Positions 32,970 to 43,529 of a DNA stretch of 64,000 nucleotides are shown here, piece after piece. This stretch comes from a virus (Duplodnaviria; Heunggongvirae; Uroviricota; Caudoviricetes). The translations under genes were made by a program, and so were the position numbers. The stretch lies in the IMG/VR virus record IMGVR_UViG_3300043009_000101. One strand, given 5' to 3'. Within the stretch, counting starts at the first letter, position 1. Each line of letters starts with the position of its first letter. The notes beneath the pieces are model-generated. The model saw only the letters and a program-made list of their open reading frames with translations. It was not told the DNA's origin and ran no database searches.

Positions 32970-34181
32970 TTATGATGCTTGCAGCATTATCAACATTGTA
33001 AGAAGTCGCTTATCTTGTGTTCCTAATGTTCGGAAACTTCCGTAATACCGATTTTCACTGGCTGATGCTAATGCTAAATCAGAAAAATTATCCAGCACAT
33101 AATCGTAATCTTCGGAATTTGTAAATCTTACTTCAATGTAGGCATCATCTGAAATCATAGCATTAAAATTGTCATCAAGCAAGGTTTGAAACTCGTCTGT
33201 GCTAGATACCACCATGCCGTTACGAACAATATAGTTATCTTCCGTAGCAGTAGCAGTTGGTGAAGTTCCTCGCTCAGTTAGATTAATGCTATCGTCACGA
33301 GATTGTGCCATATCATCCGATGTCAAATTGAAGTATCTGTGGCTGATAAAGTCTGTTGTATTCTCTACTTCATCTTTATCAGTATTTGGGTCATCCCAAG
33401 AAACATCAACATAATACCAGTTATCATTGATATTCACGAAATTCCATTCATGCCCCATTGTTTCACCATCTGAATTTGTTGCATTTCCTACAACACTTCC
33501 GCATTGGATACCTAACTGATTCATCAAATAAGTGAATGTGCTGGCATACCCCATGCAGTTGGCTTTTCCCTCAATCAATGCTCCGTACATGGTGCGGAAG
33601 GAAGGCATAGAATTTTCTACATCTTCTTCATTGTCTGTGTAGTATTCAATATTGGAAACCATATAGTCGTGCACAAATAATTCTGCTTCATACTCGCTGG
33701 TTGTATTTGCTTTTACTTGGGTAACAATAGAATCTACAACAGCATTGACTTCGGCAAGTTTGGATTGGTATTCTTCCTTGGTCATAGTATAGACAGGTTT
33801 GTATTGAATCGCTTCTTCTGTGTTGTTTGACATGTAGTTATACTCATAAGATAAAGCACAATAGAAGATTTCAGGATGTTCCGACATCAAGATACCGTCA
33901 ATCTTTTTTAATGTATCTAATGGAACACTGTCAATATCAATCTCTTCGTCCCAATTTATAATACCCTCATAAATCAGATTGTAAGTATTCTTATCTTCTT
34001 CACTTAGATTGTCGTAATACCAATAACCTTCCAGCTGGTCTGGAATGGTTTTATCTTTTACTTCATATACAATAGGTTCTTCTTCCTCAACATGCTCCAA
34101 TTCTGGCACAAAGTCGCAGCCTGCCAAGGTGAAAGCAAGGCTGGTAGCAAGTCCTACCTTTAATAATCTATTAAAACTCAT
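32970..34181 (-). CDS. Lipoprotein with a transglutaminase-like cysteine-protease domain
   Basis: Lipobox FTLAGC; Cys-His-Asp core ANCMGYAS...GHEWNFV...YYVDVSWDDP. Confidence 0.7.
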   Translation of the reverse strand: MSFNRLLKVGLATSLAFTLAGCDFVPELEHVEEEEPIVYEVKDKTIPDQLEGYWYYDNLSEEDKNTYNLIYEGIINWDEEIDIDSVPLDTLKKIDGILMSEHPEIFYCALSYEYNYMSNNTEEAIQYKPVYTMTKEEYQSKLAEVNAVVDSIVTQVKANTTSEYEAELFVHDYMVSNIEYYTDNEEDVENSMPSFRTMYGALIEGKANCMGYASTFTYLMNQLGIQCGSVVGNATNSDGETMGHEWNFVNINDNWYYVDVSWDDPNTDKDEVENTTDFISHRYFNLTSDDMAQSRDDSINLTERGTSPTATATEDNYIVRNGMVVSSTDEFQTLLDDNFNAMISDDAYIEVRFTNSEDYDYVLDNFSDLALASASENRYYGSFRTLGTQDKRLLTMLIMLQAS

Positions 34182-34217
34182 AGCAGTTTAAACCTCCAAG
34201 TTTCTAGGTGGCTGGTA

Positions 34218-34385
34218 TCAGTCTCTTTCAGATTTTGTCAGCCTCGTTCTCAACCATTTCCAGAAATGTGTTTTCTGTTTTTCTGGTCTGTATTCGTCTA
34301 AGTCCTCGCCACACCACGGGCAATAGCTATCATCTTCACTCACAATAGTATTGCAAATTGGGCAAGCATGTAATTTCTCTACCAT
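34218..34385 (-). CDS. Small zinc-ribbon protein (55 aa), absent from the ORF track
   Basis: Manual translation: MVEKLHACPICNTIVSEDDSYCPWCGEDLDEY... (CPIC...CPWC); overlaps the stop of the upstream gene by 7 nt; weak RBS. Confidence 0.35.
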   Translation of the reverse strand: MVEKLHACPICNTIVSEDDSYCPWCGEDLDEYRPEKQKTHFWKWLRTRLTKSERD

Positions 34386-34933
34386 ATTGTAATAGTTAAG
34401 TTCCTTTCATTTTTGTAAGGTGGTGCTAATTTATCTGTTTTGCAGATAAAGAACACATACCCTAAATAAATATTAGGGAATAAACGAAACAATACTTCTT
34501 GTATCGCCTTTCGCCATGTGAATTGTTGTTTTGGGCCACAAAAATCAAATTTATGCTGTCTGCGAACAAATAAATAAACAGGAAGTGTAACTACATAGGC
34601 AGCAAACATATACAGCTCAATAATATTAGCATAAGTATATGCCGTCTGTGGCTGATTGCATTGCATATGCAAGGCATTGTTGAGCAGCTGCATACTGTAT
34701 TCTGTGCAGAAAGCAATCAGTACAGGCAGACATGTAAGCATGCCAAGTATAAGCACAACTATATCCCATTTTTTGAGCTTTTCTGCTGTGTAGGAATCGA
34801 GCAGTACTTTGTTTCGTTCGTATCTGCCTATGATTGGTATTAAAGCAAGATAGGGCTTATCTAAGCCCAATGCTATGTGCAATTTATACCTTATAAGACT
34901 AACATATAAAGCATAGAAAATTAGAAGAATCAT
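34379..34933 (-). CDS. Hypothetical membrane protein
   Basis: 184 aa, several hydrophobic helices. Confidence 0.5.
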   Translation of the reverse strand: MILLIFYALYVSLIRYKLHIALGLDKPYLALIPIIGRYERNKVLLDSYTAEKLKKWDIVVLILGMLTCLPVLIAFCTEYSMQLLNNALHMQCNQPQTAYTYANIIELYMFAAYVVTLPVYLFVRRQHKFDFCGPKQQFTWRKAIQEVLFRLFPNIYLGYVFFICKTDKLAPPYKNERNLTITIW

Positions 34934-34935
34934 TT

Positions 34936-35277
34936 CTAACCTTTCTCGTTAAAAATATTCAAAATCTGATTGTAGCGAACCTCTATTTCTGCGATACAGT
35001 GATATTCTGTCTGATTCATACAGAAATTCCATAATCTCTTCTTTTGCAAATCAGATAACTCAGTATCAATAGTTGGATGCAGATAAAGTTCTTGCATTAA
35101 AGCATCTTTACAGTATTCCAATTCTGCGGTTGCTCTATCTTTTTGAATATTCCATTCTTTTTCTGGCAGAGTGCCAGAATTCTTATACAACTCATTAAGC
35201 TGTTTCTGTTTAGTTATAATCGTTTTCTTCAAGTTTTGCACCGTAGCATCACATCTCAAGGTTGTTAAGTATTTCAT
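34936..35277 (-). CDS. Hypothetical protein (113 aa)
   Basis: Adjacent to the downstream gene (3-nt gap). Confidence 0.5.
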   Translation of the reverse strand: MKYLTTLRCDATVQNLKKTIITKQKQLNELYKNSGTLPEKEWNIQKDRATAELEYCKDALMQELYLHPTIDTELSDLQKKRLWNFCMNQTEYHCIAEIEVRYNQILNIFNEKG

Positions 35278-35382
35278 AAACCAAAAAATCCCCGCTTTCC
35301 TGCTTATCTACAATTAGTGTAACACAAACAAGTTTAAATACAAAAAAGCAAGATACTCGGTTCTTGCTCTTTTAATACAAAT

Positions 35383-35994
35383 TTAATAGCAAAACTCATC
35401 TATGGCTGTAACATAACAAGAATCTTTACAATACTTCAAAGCAAAAATTGCAAACTCTTTATCTTCTGACACCCAATGTGAAGAATTGCTCTTTTTTAAG
35501 CCACGAGTATCTATATCCCGCAAAAACTGATGGCAGCCATCTTTGGTGCAAATGCCGTAATATACACCTGTTGGGTCAGGTTCTACACTAAATATCAAAC
35601 GTCTTAAGGGTTTTTCACCTGCATAAGTAGGTTCAAATGTTTCTGTATAGCAAATGTTCATTTTAGTATCGTCTGTCATTGGTGCAGCTTCACTGATTGG
35701 ATTATCTACGTTATAATAATCACTCGTCTTCTTGGCATAAAGAATACCCTTGCGGTAATCATGCCCAAAATAAATGATAAACTGATGCAACTTGCCCTTT
35801 AACTGACGTGCTCGTTCTATCATTAAAGTTTCCAAAGGCGTTGAATTTACAGCATGTGTATCAATAGCAACGCTATACGGGTCAAATGTGTAAGCAACAT
35901 TTCCAATATTATCTACGGTTACGGTTATCTGCCACCAAATATCCCCTATGGTAAACAACAGTATATTTCTATCTTCATTTACGTATATTCTCAC
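35383..35994 (-). CDS. Hypothetical protein (203 aa)
   Basis: ORF only. Confidence 0.5.
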   Translation of the reverse strand: MRIYVNEDRNILLFTIGDIWWQITVTVDNIGNVAYTFDPYSVAIDTHAVNSTPLETLMIERARQLKGKLHQFIIYFGHDYRKGILYAKKTSDYYNVDNPISEAAPMTDDTKMNICYTETFEPTYAGEKPLRRLIFSVEPDPTGVYYGICTKDGCHQFLRDIDTRGLKKSNSSHWVSEDKEFAIFALKYCKDSCYVTAIDEFCY

Positions 35995-36025
35995 TTTACC
36001 ACCTCTTATTGTGCAAACAAAATAC

Positions 36026-36400
36026 TCATTCTATGGAAGCAAAATGAAGAACATATTGCTTCTGCTTATTTCGTACAAGAACAACATCTTGCCCGGCTGT
36101 TCTGTAAATATATTGAAATTTATTGGAACACAGCATTTGCTTTAGCATATTAGATGATATTGAAGGACTGGCTGTAAATACTTTGCTTTGAAATAATTCG
36201 AGCAAATGCTGCTTGTTTTCCTCGAAGATATAGGAAAGAACTTGCAGTTTTACATCATCGGTTTGGTCGAAATACCCATAGAATGTTGCTGCAAGTTCTA
36301 ATTCCTCTGGTGTTGCTTTATCTAAATTGTACCAAAGTAGCGTACAATTTGACTCGAGAATATTACTAAGCAATGTCAAACTGTCCTCTTCGCCAACCAA
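36026..36400 (-). CDS. Hypothetical protein (124 aa)
   Basis: ORF only; 5' end overlaps the upstream gene. Confidence 0.45.
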   Translation of the reverse strand: MVGEEDSLTLLSNILESNCTLLWYNLDKATPEELELAATFYGYFDQTDDVKLQVLSYIFEENKQHLLELFQSKVFTASPSISSNMLKQMLCSNKFQYIYRTAGQDVVLVRNKQKQYVLHFASIE

Positions 36401-37223
36401 CTGCTAACAATGCGGGTTTGATACGTGCTTCATAGCAGCGGTCATTCTCAATAGCATAGCACATACAATTACTGAGTACAGATAAATCTTCATCATTACT
36501 ATAACATTTTACAACCTCTTGTTCCACTAATAAGCGAATTACATCATTACGATGGTTGTTGCGATAATCTCGAACAAAATTCTCAAAATAATCTTTTGTT
36601 ACCGTCATACCAAACATAGAAAAAATAGGTTTTACATACCCACTGAAGCGGTACATATGGCCAGCGTCAAGCATTTCATATGGTAAAAAGTTTTCTGTTG
36701 CTTTTGTCCACAATTCGTTATTTAAGAAATCCCCCATAATTGCTGAACGTTTGTGTTCTGCAACCCAAGTTTTATGAAGCTCTCGTAAGCAGAAAAAAGC
36801 CGCTTTTCCGACATTATCTACACGAAATTGTTTCAGCCACTCTGCCATCTGAGTGTCATTCTTTACACCAAAAGGATAGTGTTTATCCTCGCTTTTTCCA
36901 ATGCAATATGCGTAAATACCTTTTATATTAGCCCAATAAAGTTGAGAATCGCCAATATAACGATTTCCACGCATAAGTTCCAGATAGTTTCCATATGCAA
37001 CAAGTACTTCTTTCATATATCGCTTTGCATGCACAACTGCCTCAACTTCTTTAAATGTATGCGTATTTAGGAAGATATCTGCTTCCGTTGGTTTTTTATT
37101 TCGTTTTCCTTTTTCATTTACAAGCACATAATGGGCAATACGATAATACGGACGATAAATCTTACTGTCAATCGTAGCATCTCTTTTATCTTCGCCATAG
37201 TAAATATATTCTCTTTCTTGCAT
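36366..37223 (-). CDS. Hypothetical protein (285 aa; start moved to the RBS-supported ATG)
   Basis: AAAGGAG RBS before MQEREYIYYG; the track ORF extended to 37304. Confidence 0.5.
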   Translation of the reverse strand: MQEREYIYYGEDKRDATIDSKIYRPYYRIAHYVLVNEKGKRNKKPTEADIFLNTHTFKEVEAVVHAKRYMKEVLVAYGNYLELMRGNRYIGDSQLYWANIKGIYAYCIGKSEDKHYPFGVKNDTQMAEWLKQFRVDNVGKAAFFCLRELHKTWVAEHKRSAIMGDFLNNELWTKATENFLPYEMLDAGHMYRFSGYVKPIFSMFGMTVTKDYFENFVRDYRNNHRNDVIRLLVEQEVVKCYSNDEDLSVLSNCMCYAIENDRCYEARIKPALLAVGWRRGQFDIA

Positions 37224-37328
37224 TTCAAGCAATCTCCTTTCGATAATACTTCTACTAAATATATGAAATTTCATAAGAATGAAAAAAAAAACAAAGGGCA
37301 GCAATATAGCCGTCCCTTTGTATGTATC

Positions 37329-38138
37329 TTATTTTTTCTTTCTTAATAAGCAGAACAATTTAATAATTAACCCAAGTAAGATAAGTGGTGAAGCATAAAC
37401 TAATACTACGAGTAAAGCTTTTATGATATTAATACAACCTGCATAGACCTTAGCCAAATGATACATTAAATACCCACCAAAATCCGTCACAAAAGCATCA
37501 CTGTAAATATCTACGGCCTCTAGGTAAATAGTATATTCATGATATTTCGTTGAAGCACCTTCAGGCGTATTTTCACTAAAATTCGTAATATGCAAAGATT
37601 CCAATGCTTCTAAATCATCTTCAAACTGTGTATAATTGCCTGTCGGAATATCTAATGTATAGTAAATTGTTGTATCATACGAATTTCTACTTACAACTTT
37701 TCCGTTGTACTTTGTTACCAAATCGCTAATGTCTGCTTTTGCTTTGGAATAATTTGTAGATTCTAAACTGTAATCTTTGCCTGCATAGTAAATATCATCA
37801 TCTGCTGTTACAGTTTCTACGGTTTCTGTAACTTTATTCAATGCATCATTTACTGTGCCAGTTGCTTCGTCTACGGTATCTTTGAACAAATTAGAAAACC
37901 ATGTAGAAGCAGAACCCGATACATCATCACCGTCCTCGGAAGCATCTTCGTCATCTACAAGGACATCATCGGATGTAGTTTCTGTATCATCATCGCCGAC
38001 AGTTTCCCAGTCATCACTGGCAGTTTTGGTAGTTTCTTTTGTTTTTTCAAGAGTAATAGTATCTTTGGCAAACACAGAAACTGGTGTTAATGCCATCACT
38101 GCAGCAAGGCCAAGTGAGGCAAAATGGTTTAATTTCAT
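37329..38138 (-). CDS. Secreted acidic protein with a C-terminal TM anchor
   Basis: Signal peptide MKLNHFASLGLAAVMALTPVSVFA, D/E-rich region, C-terminal hydrophobic helix plus RKKK. Confidence 0.6.
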   Translation of the reverse strand: MKLNHFASLGLAAVMALTPVSVFAKDTITLEKTKETTKTASDDWETVGDDDTETTSDDVLVDDEDASEDGDDVSGSASTWFSNLFKDTVDEATGTVNDALNKVTETVETVTADDDIYYAGKDYSLESTNYSKAKADISDLVTKYNGKVVSRNSYDTTIYYTLDIPTGNYTQFEDDLEALESLHITNFSENTPEGASTKYHEYTIYLEAVDIYSDAFVTDFGGYLMYHLAKVYAGCINIIKALLVVLVYASPLILLGLIIKLFCLLRKKK

Positions 38139-38251
38139 ATTTTAATAGCCTTCTTTCTAAACTCAATTGTATGAGTTCCTTTCAATATCTAATGTATATA
38201 GAAAAATCCCATTCTTTTGAATGGGATTTAAGAAAATACATAGAAATACGA

Positions 38252-39160
38252 CTATTCTTTTACAATCTCTTTAATGTTTGTCAGATTTGCTGTCATATCT
38301 TGCAGATTGCTAGGCACAACAATCTTGGTTGCTTTTCCGTCTGCAAGTTTTTCGTATGTTTTTAAACCTTCCAGAGCAAGATATTCTTGGCTTGGGTTTG
38401 CTTCTTTGATTTTACGAATACCCTCAGCCTGTGCTTCATATAGCTGCAAAATCGCTTGTGCCTGTCCTTCTGCTTCTTTAATTCGAGCTTCTTTGTTTGC
38501 TTCGGCAGCAAGAATTGTCGCTTGTTTATCTGCTTCTGCACGAAGAACTTTTGCTTCTTTTTCACCTTCTGCGGTTAAAATAGCTGCTTTCTTTGCACCT
38601 TCTGCTTGCAGAATTTTCTCACGGCGTTCACGTTCTGCTCGCATCTGTTTTTCCATGGCTTCTTGAATGTCTCGTGGTGGAATAATGTTTTTTACTTCTA
38701 CACGGTTGACTTTAATTCCCCAAGGGTCAGTTGCTTGGTCAATGACTTGACGGATTTGACTATTAATTTGGTCACGAGCAGTTAAGGTTGCATCTAAATC
38801 CATTTCACCAATTACATTACGAAGTGTTGTGGCTGTAAGGTTTTCAACGGCAGACATTGGGTTCTGAACTCCGTATGTGTAAAGTTTTGGGTCTGTGATT
38901 GTCATGTAAACAACGGTATCAATTTCCATTGTTACATTATCTTTTGTGATTACTCGCTGCGGTGGGTAATCTTGAATAAACTCTTTGAGTGTTACTTTCT
39001 TCACAACATTATCTAAAATTGGAAGTTTGAAGTTTACGCCTGTTCGCATAGTTGTTTTGTATGCACCAAGTCTTTCCACAACATATGCTTCTGCTTGCGG
39101 AACAATTACGATACAGGAAATACCGATGATTGCAACGAGTACGATTAAAATTAAGAGCAT
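38252..39160 (-). CDS. SPFH/Band-7 (stomatin/flotillin-like) protein
   Basis: N-terminal TM helix, SPFH core, C-terminal coiled coil (EAMEKQMRAERERREKILQAEG...). Confidence 0.85.
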   Translation of the reverse strand: MLLILIVLVAIIGISCIVIVPQAEAYVVERLGAYKTTMRTGVNFKLPILDNVVKKVTLKEFIQDYPPQRVITKDNVTMEIDTVVYMTITDPKLYTYGVQNPMSAVENLTATTLRNVIGEMDLDATLTARDQINSQIRQVIDQATDPWGIKVNRVEVKNIIPPRDIQEAMEKQMRAERERREKILQAEGAKKAAILTAEGEKEAKVLRAEADKQATILAAEANKEARIKEAEGQAQAILQLYEAQAEGIRKIKEANPSQEYLALEGLKTYEKLADGKATKIVVPSNLQDMTANLTNIKEIVKE

Positions 39161-39166
39161 GAATTT

Positions 39167-39634
39167 TTACCTTTCTTCTTTCTCTTGTGCGGGATTGTTT
39201 CTTTTTACTACGAGCTTGACACCTTCGATAGCTTCGACTGTTACAGTTTTCCCGATTGCAACTTCTTCGTCACATACTGCTGCCCAGTCTGTTCCGTCTA
39301 CGAGGACTCTGCCGCCAACTTGTTTATTGGCTGGTATTTTTTCAGCAACAATTGCTTCTCTACCAATTACACGGTCTGTATTAGTTGGTACGGGTTTGAC
39401 AGCAATTTTGCTAAGTGCAAGTTTGCGAAGCAAAAAGAGAGATAGAAAACTTACAATTACAAATACCCAGATTTGTACTTGCAGAGGAACATTGAATAAT
39501 GCAAGAATCATGGAAACCAAACATCCAAAGCAGAACCAAATAGATACAGCAGTTCCGGGTGTGATAATTTCAATGATGAACAAAATAAATGCTCCTATAA
39601 ACCATAATTCCCATTGTAGCATGGTTTTTTGCAC
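39167..39634 (-). CDS. NfeD-family membrane protein (partner of the SPFH gene)
   Basis: Three TM helices plus a C-terminal OB-like soluble domain; immediately upstream of the SPFH gene, the usual nfeD-spfh operon order. Confidence 0.7.
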   Translation of the reverse strand: MQKTMLQWELWFIGAFILFIIEIITPGTAVSIWFCFGCLVSMILALFNVPLQVQIWVFVIVSFLSLFLLRKLALSKIAVKPVPTNTDRVIGREAIVAEKIPANKQVGGRVLVDGTDWAAVCDEEVAIGKTVTVEAIEGVKLVVKRNNPAQEKEER

Positions 39635-39775
39635 CTCTTTCTCAGCTTTCTTAAGCTAGTAAAATTATAGCATACTGTATAGTGATTTTTAGAAAATGGC
39701 GGAGTAAGTAGGTATAAAAAAGGTTCTATACCTTTGAGGTGTAGAACCGAAATTGCGTCTAAAATAAAACAAATA

Positions 39776-39991
39776 TTATTTATCAGATTCGTATACTACG
39801 GTAGCAAGCATACGGTCTCCGCCAAGTACACCTTTGCTGCCTGCAACATCAAAATCAATTGTGTGTACATGATAGCCTTCTGTAGTTTTAGCATTGATTT
39901 TATCTTCTACTGCTTTTAAAGTTGCATCTGTCATTTTAATACCTTTCAGAGCTTCTTTCAGTTCATACTGTTCAATTACATAGTGTCGCAT
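39776..39991 (-). CDS. Small hypothetical protein (71 aa)
   Basis: AAAGGAG RBS supports the start at MRHYVIEQYE (the track ORF is longer). Confidence 0.45.
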   Translation of the reverse strand: MRHYVIEQYELKEALKGIKMTDATLKAVEDKINAKTTEGYHVHTIDFDVAGSKGVLGGDRMLATVVYESDK

Positions 39992-40134
39992 TAATATTTC
40001 TCCTTTTGTGCTTTGGTAGGCACAGTTATTTGCCACAAGACGTGGTTTCTGATAGATATACTCGTTTCCTTTAAATTTAAATGTGCGAAAGAAAAATTAG
40101 GTGTTAGAAAAGAAAACAAAAACCTTGCTTAGAA

Positions 40135-41343
40135 TTAAGCAAGGTTTCTTTGCATTAAATCGTATAAATAAGGTTCAAGCTGAGCAATAACATCACAAAC
40201 TAATGCATTACCCATAAGATAATATCTGGATTTCTCCGATACAGACGGAACATTTGTCCAATTATCTGGGAAAGTCATAATTCGCTCGGCTTCAATTGGT
40301 GTAATTCTGCGGATACCATTCTCATCTTCGACAAAATGAGATTCTCTGCGAACAGCGGATTCCGATGTTATCATTGTACGAGCTGGCTTTTTTAAATCAT
40401 CTGGGAAAGACATTGCCCCTTGTGTGAACACATATGGTCTGCCGTCATGCTTGCTGATGCGGTTTACTCGTTTGCCAGCTTTGGTTGTTGCAGCTTTTGT
40501 TTTTTCTTCGGGTGTTAGATACATATGTGATGGAATGTTATCGGCTGATTCAAGCACATCACCTAAAGTTACAGGCTTTGGTGTAATCGTATTTAATGGC
40601 TGCACCTTTTCCGTAGTAATGATACCCGATTCCATTAAGCCATTGGCATCAAAATCGAAACCAAACTGCATAATATCCCGCTCTGCTCGAATGTCTGTTG
40701 TTTGTACAAATCGTGTTTCTTGTAATGGCTGATATGGAAAAGCAAGTGTGAAAATATTCTCACCTTTGTATTTTCGATTCCATGCGAGAATATACACACG
40801 ATTTCTTTTTGTAGGAAAACCATAATCTGCAGCATTGATTACCCGCCAAGCTACATCGTATCCACAGTCATCAAATGCTTTTAGAATAATGCCAAAATCT
40901 CTTCCTCGCTGGTGCTTTGGTATTCGCAGCAAGTTCTCTACATTTTCTAATAAAACAAATGGTGTTTGCTTTGCTTTGAGAATATCTATAATTTCCCAGA
41001 AAAGTGTACCTCGTTTGCCTTTCAGACCTTTTCCTCCGCCAGCTACGGCTACGGAATAATCTTGACATGGAAAACCACCCACAAGCAAATCATGTTCTGG
41101 CAGAGTTGTTTTATCTATTAAAGTGATATCCTCGTTACTTACTTCGCCTCCGAAACGAGCTTTGTAACATTCGTATGCTGGCTGCATTTTTGTTTTAGGT
41201 TCGTACTGGTCTGCCCAGACAAAATCCCAATGTCCGTCATTTTCAATCGCTTTACCAGATTCATCGAAGGATTTGATATGATTTAAGCCAACACGGAAAC
41301 CGCCTACGCCAGCAAAAAGTTCACAAACTCTAAATTTTCTCAT
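40135..41343 (-). CDS. DNA (cytosine-5)-methyltransferase with no adjacent endonuclease (orphan)
   Basis: Motif I FAGVGGF, motif IV GGFPCQ, motif VI ENV; no endonuclease-like neighbour. Confidence 0.9.
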   Translation of the reverse strand: MRKFRVCELFAGVGGFRVGLNHIKSFDESGKAIENDGHWDFVWADQYEPKTKMQPAYECYKARFGGEVSNEDITLIDKTTLPEHDLLVGGFPCQDYSVAVAGGGKGLKGKRGTLFWEIIDILKAKQTPFVLLENVENLLRIPKHQRGRDFGIILKAFDDCGYDVAWRVINAADYGFPTKRNRVYILAWNRKYKGENIFTLAFPYQPLQETRFVQTTDIRAERDIMQFGFDFDANGLMESGIITTEKVQPLNTITPKPVTLGDVLESADNIPSHMYLTPEEKTKAATTKAGKRVNRISKHDGRPYVFTQGAMSFPDDLKKPARTMITSESAVRRESHFVEDENGIRRITPIEAERIMTFPDNWTNVPSVSEKSRYYLMGNALVCDVIAQLEPYLYDLMQRNLA

Positions 41344-41547
41344 TCTCTTTCTATTCTCTCTTTCACGGGTCTCTGACCTTACTTTATTTCTTCTTTAATT
41401 TTCATTTTAGCAAAAAATATTTAGGTATACAAAAAAAGTAATGGTTTGTGTAATAATTTGGTGCATTTGGTAAGAAATTGTGAAAGTGAAAGCGGTTGTA
41501 TGTTAGAAAAGGTTGGGGGGTGTAAAAAAAGGTATTTAGGCTGTTGC

Positions 41548-43527
41548 CTAAATACCCGCTAGATGCAATAAATCTTCTTCACTTAGAATTGGCACACCGA
41601 GTTGCTGTGCTTTTTTATTCTTTCCGCTTGTGGATGTTACATCATTATTAATAAGATAGTTTGTTTTACCAGTTACACTGCCTGTTACAGTTCCGCCTAA
41701 GGATTCAATCCATTCGGAAGCTTCGTTTCGATTCTTGAATTTGAATACTTTACCTGTGATACAGAAAGTCAAACCACTAAACGGCTGAGAAGAAGCCAAA
41801 GTATTGGCAGAAACACCCGCTGGTTCAATCGTACCCGAAGGCATAACGAAGTTCAAATTGCTGCAAGTTCTTACATACATGCCAAGATTATCACCTTGAC
41901 AGAAGAAATCGTAAATGGCTTCATTCATTTGTGTGCCAATACCCTCGATAGTGGCAAAGTTGAATCCTTGATACAGAGCATTGTAGAAATTGTTGTAATC
42001 ATAATTCATTGCTTTGGCAATATCTTTGGCAACTTTCTTACCAACATTTGGTATACCCATCGCATAAATTACTCTGTCTAAGGTTGTTGTTCTTGCCGTT
42101 TCGATAGCTTGCTGTAAAGCTTCATATGATTTCTCGCCAAAGCCTTCAATATCAGGCACAACAGGTATATCCAAAATCTCGAAAATACTGTCTGGTGTTG
42201 TAATGTAATGAGCCTGAACCAGTTTCTCTAAGGTGCTTTCAGATAAACCCACGATATTCAAAGCATTTCTTGAAACATAATGAGAAAGCTGTTTTAGTTT
42301 TCTGGCTGCACAATCTGGATTGGTGCAATACAGAACTTGGCTGCCGTCTGCTCCTTGACGAATCGTTGTAGGTGCTCCACAAACTGGGCATTGTGCTGGA
42401 ATTTCTGGGCGAGCTGGATTGGCTACAACTTTATCTATGGTAGGAATAATCATATTGGCTTTGTAAACTTCAACAACGGAATTTGGTGCAATTCCTTTTT
42501 CGTTCAAGAAAGAAATATTGTTGCCCGTTGCTCGGCTGACTTGTGTATTATCAATTTCTACGGTATCAAAAATAACAACTGGATTGATTCTGCCTGTACG
42601 GGAAGTCTGCCAGTCAATTTTACGAACTGTTGTCTGATATGTTTCATCTTGCCATTTAAATGCCATACCCCAGTTTGGATATTTATCGGTTGTTCCTCTT
42701 GCTCGTGCTTTCTGCAAGTCATCAATCATAAATACCAAGCCATCGACTGGATAGCCGTAGCGGGAAACAGCATTTGTGAATGATGCAATACCCTCAGGGA
42801 TGGATTCAGCGGGAATGGAAGCATATGGAACTGTGTCAAAATGCATAGTGGACAAGAAAGCAAGGTCTTGTGTAAATGTTTTGGACTTTGGCTGAACGAG
42901 TTCAAATGCTTTGAACTCGATATTACGGCTGGCTGCCTCTCTGCTGTCAAGTTTTCGTACACTGCCACTGGCTAAGGAACGAGCCGTAGTGTACTTCTGC
43001 ACACCATCTTTGAGAGAAGCATTGATACGATTTAATGTATCATAGGAAATCAGAGCTTCACCACGGACAACAAGATAGTCTGTATAAGGAATGGTCATAG
43101 GCAAGCCGTGAACATACGGTGCATTGTGAGTAACATTTTCACCAATCGTTCCGTTTCCACGGGTAACAAGTTTGGTGAGTTTTCCGTTGTCATATGTGGC
43201 TACTAATGTCAAACCGTCAAGTTTCCAAGACAGGACTACATTTTCATTTCTCGCCCAAGCTACGATTTGTGCGGGGTCTTTTGTTTTGTTTAAGGATAAA
43301 GCTCGTTTTTCATGTTCCTCTTTTTTCAGTTTGCTGACTACTTCATACCCTACTTGATGAATAATGCTATTTGGTACGATGTCATTTGTTGCTTTTTCAT
43401 AGGCTTCAAGCTGATTGTAAAGAGCATCATATTCTTTATCGGACATAACAGGCTGACCAAGAGAGTAATAAGACTTAGATGCCTGTTGTAATTTCTCGTT
43501 TAAGGCTACTGCTTCATTATGGTTCAT
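41548..43527 (-). CDS. ligA: NAD+-dependent DNA ligase LigA
   Basis: KLDG adenylation motif, Cys4 zinc finger CPVCGAP...CTNPDC, HhH and a C-terminal BRCT-like region; 659 aa. Confidence 0.9.
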   Translation of the reverse strand: MNHNEAVALNEKLQQASKSYYSLGQPVMSDKEYDALYNQLEAYEKATNDIVPNSIIHQVGYEVVSKLKKEEHEKRALSLNKTKDPAQIVAWARNENVVLSWKLDGLTLVATYDNGKLTKLVTRGNGTIGENVTHNAPYVHGLPMTIPYTDYLVVRGEALISYDTLNRINASLKDGVQKYTTARSLASGSVRKLDSREAASRNIEFKAFELVQPKSKTFTQDLAFLSTMHFDTVPYASIPAESIPEGIASFTNAVSRYGYPVDGLVFMIDDLQKARARGTTDKYPNWGMAFKWQDETYQTTVRKIDWQTSRTGRINPVVIFDTVEIDNTQVSRATGNNISFLNEKGIAPNSVVEVYKANMIIPTIDKVVANPARPEIPAQCPVCGAPTTIRQGADGSQVLYCTNPDCAARKLKQLSHYVSRNALNIVGLSESTLEKLVQAHYITTPDSIFEILDIPVVPDIEGFGEKSYEALQQAIETARTTTLDRVIYAMGIPNVGKKVAKDIAKAMNYDYNNFYNALYQGFNFATIEGIGTQMNEAIYDFFCQGDNLGMYVRTCSNLNFVMPSGTIEPAGVSANTLASSQPFSGLTFCITGKVFKFKNRNEASEWIESLGGTVTGSVTGKTNYLINNDVTSTSGKNKKAQQLGVPILSEEDLLHLAGI

Positions 43528-43529
43528 AT

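Noticed and set aside
38274-38666. Plus-strand 130-aa ORF and minus-strand 67-aa ORF inside the SPFH gene
   Set aside because: Antisense or alternate-frame reads of the Ala/Glu/Lys-rich coiled-coil region.
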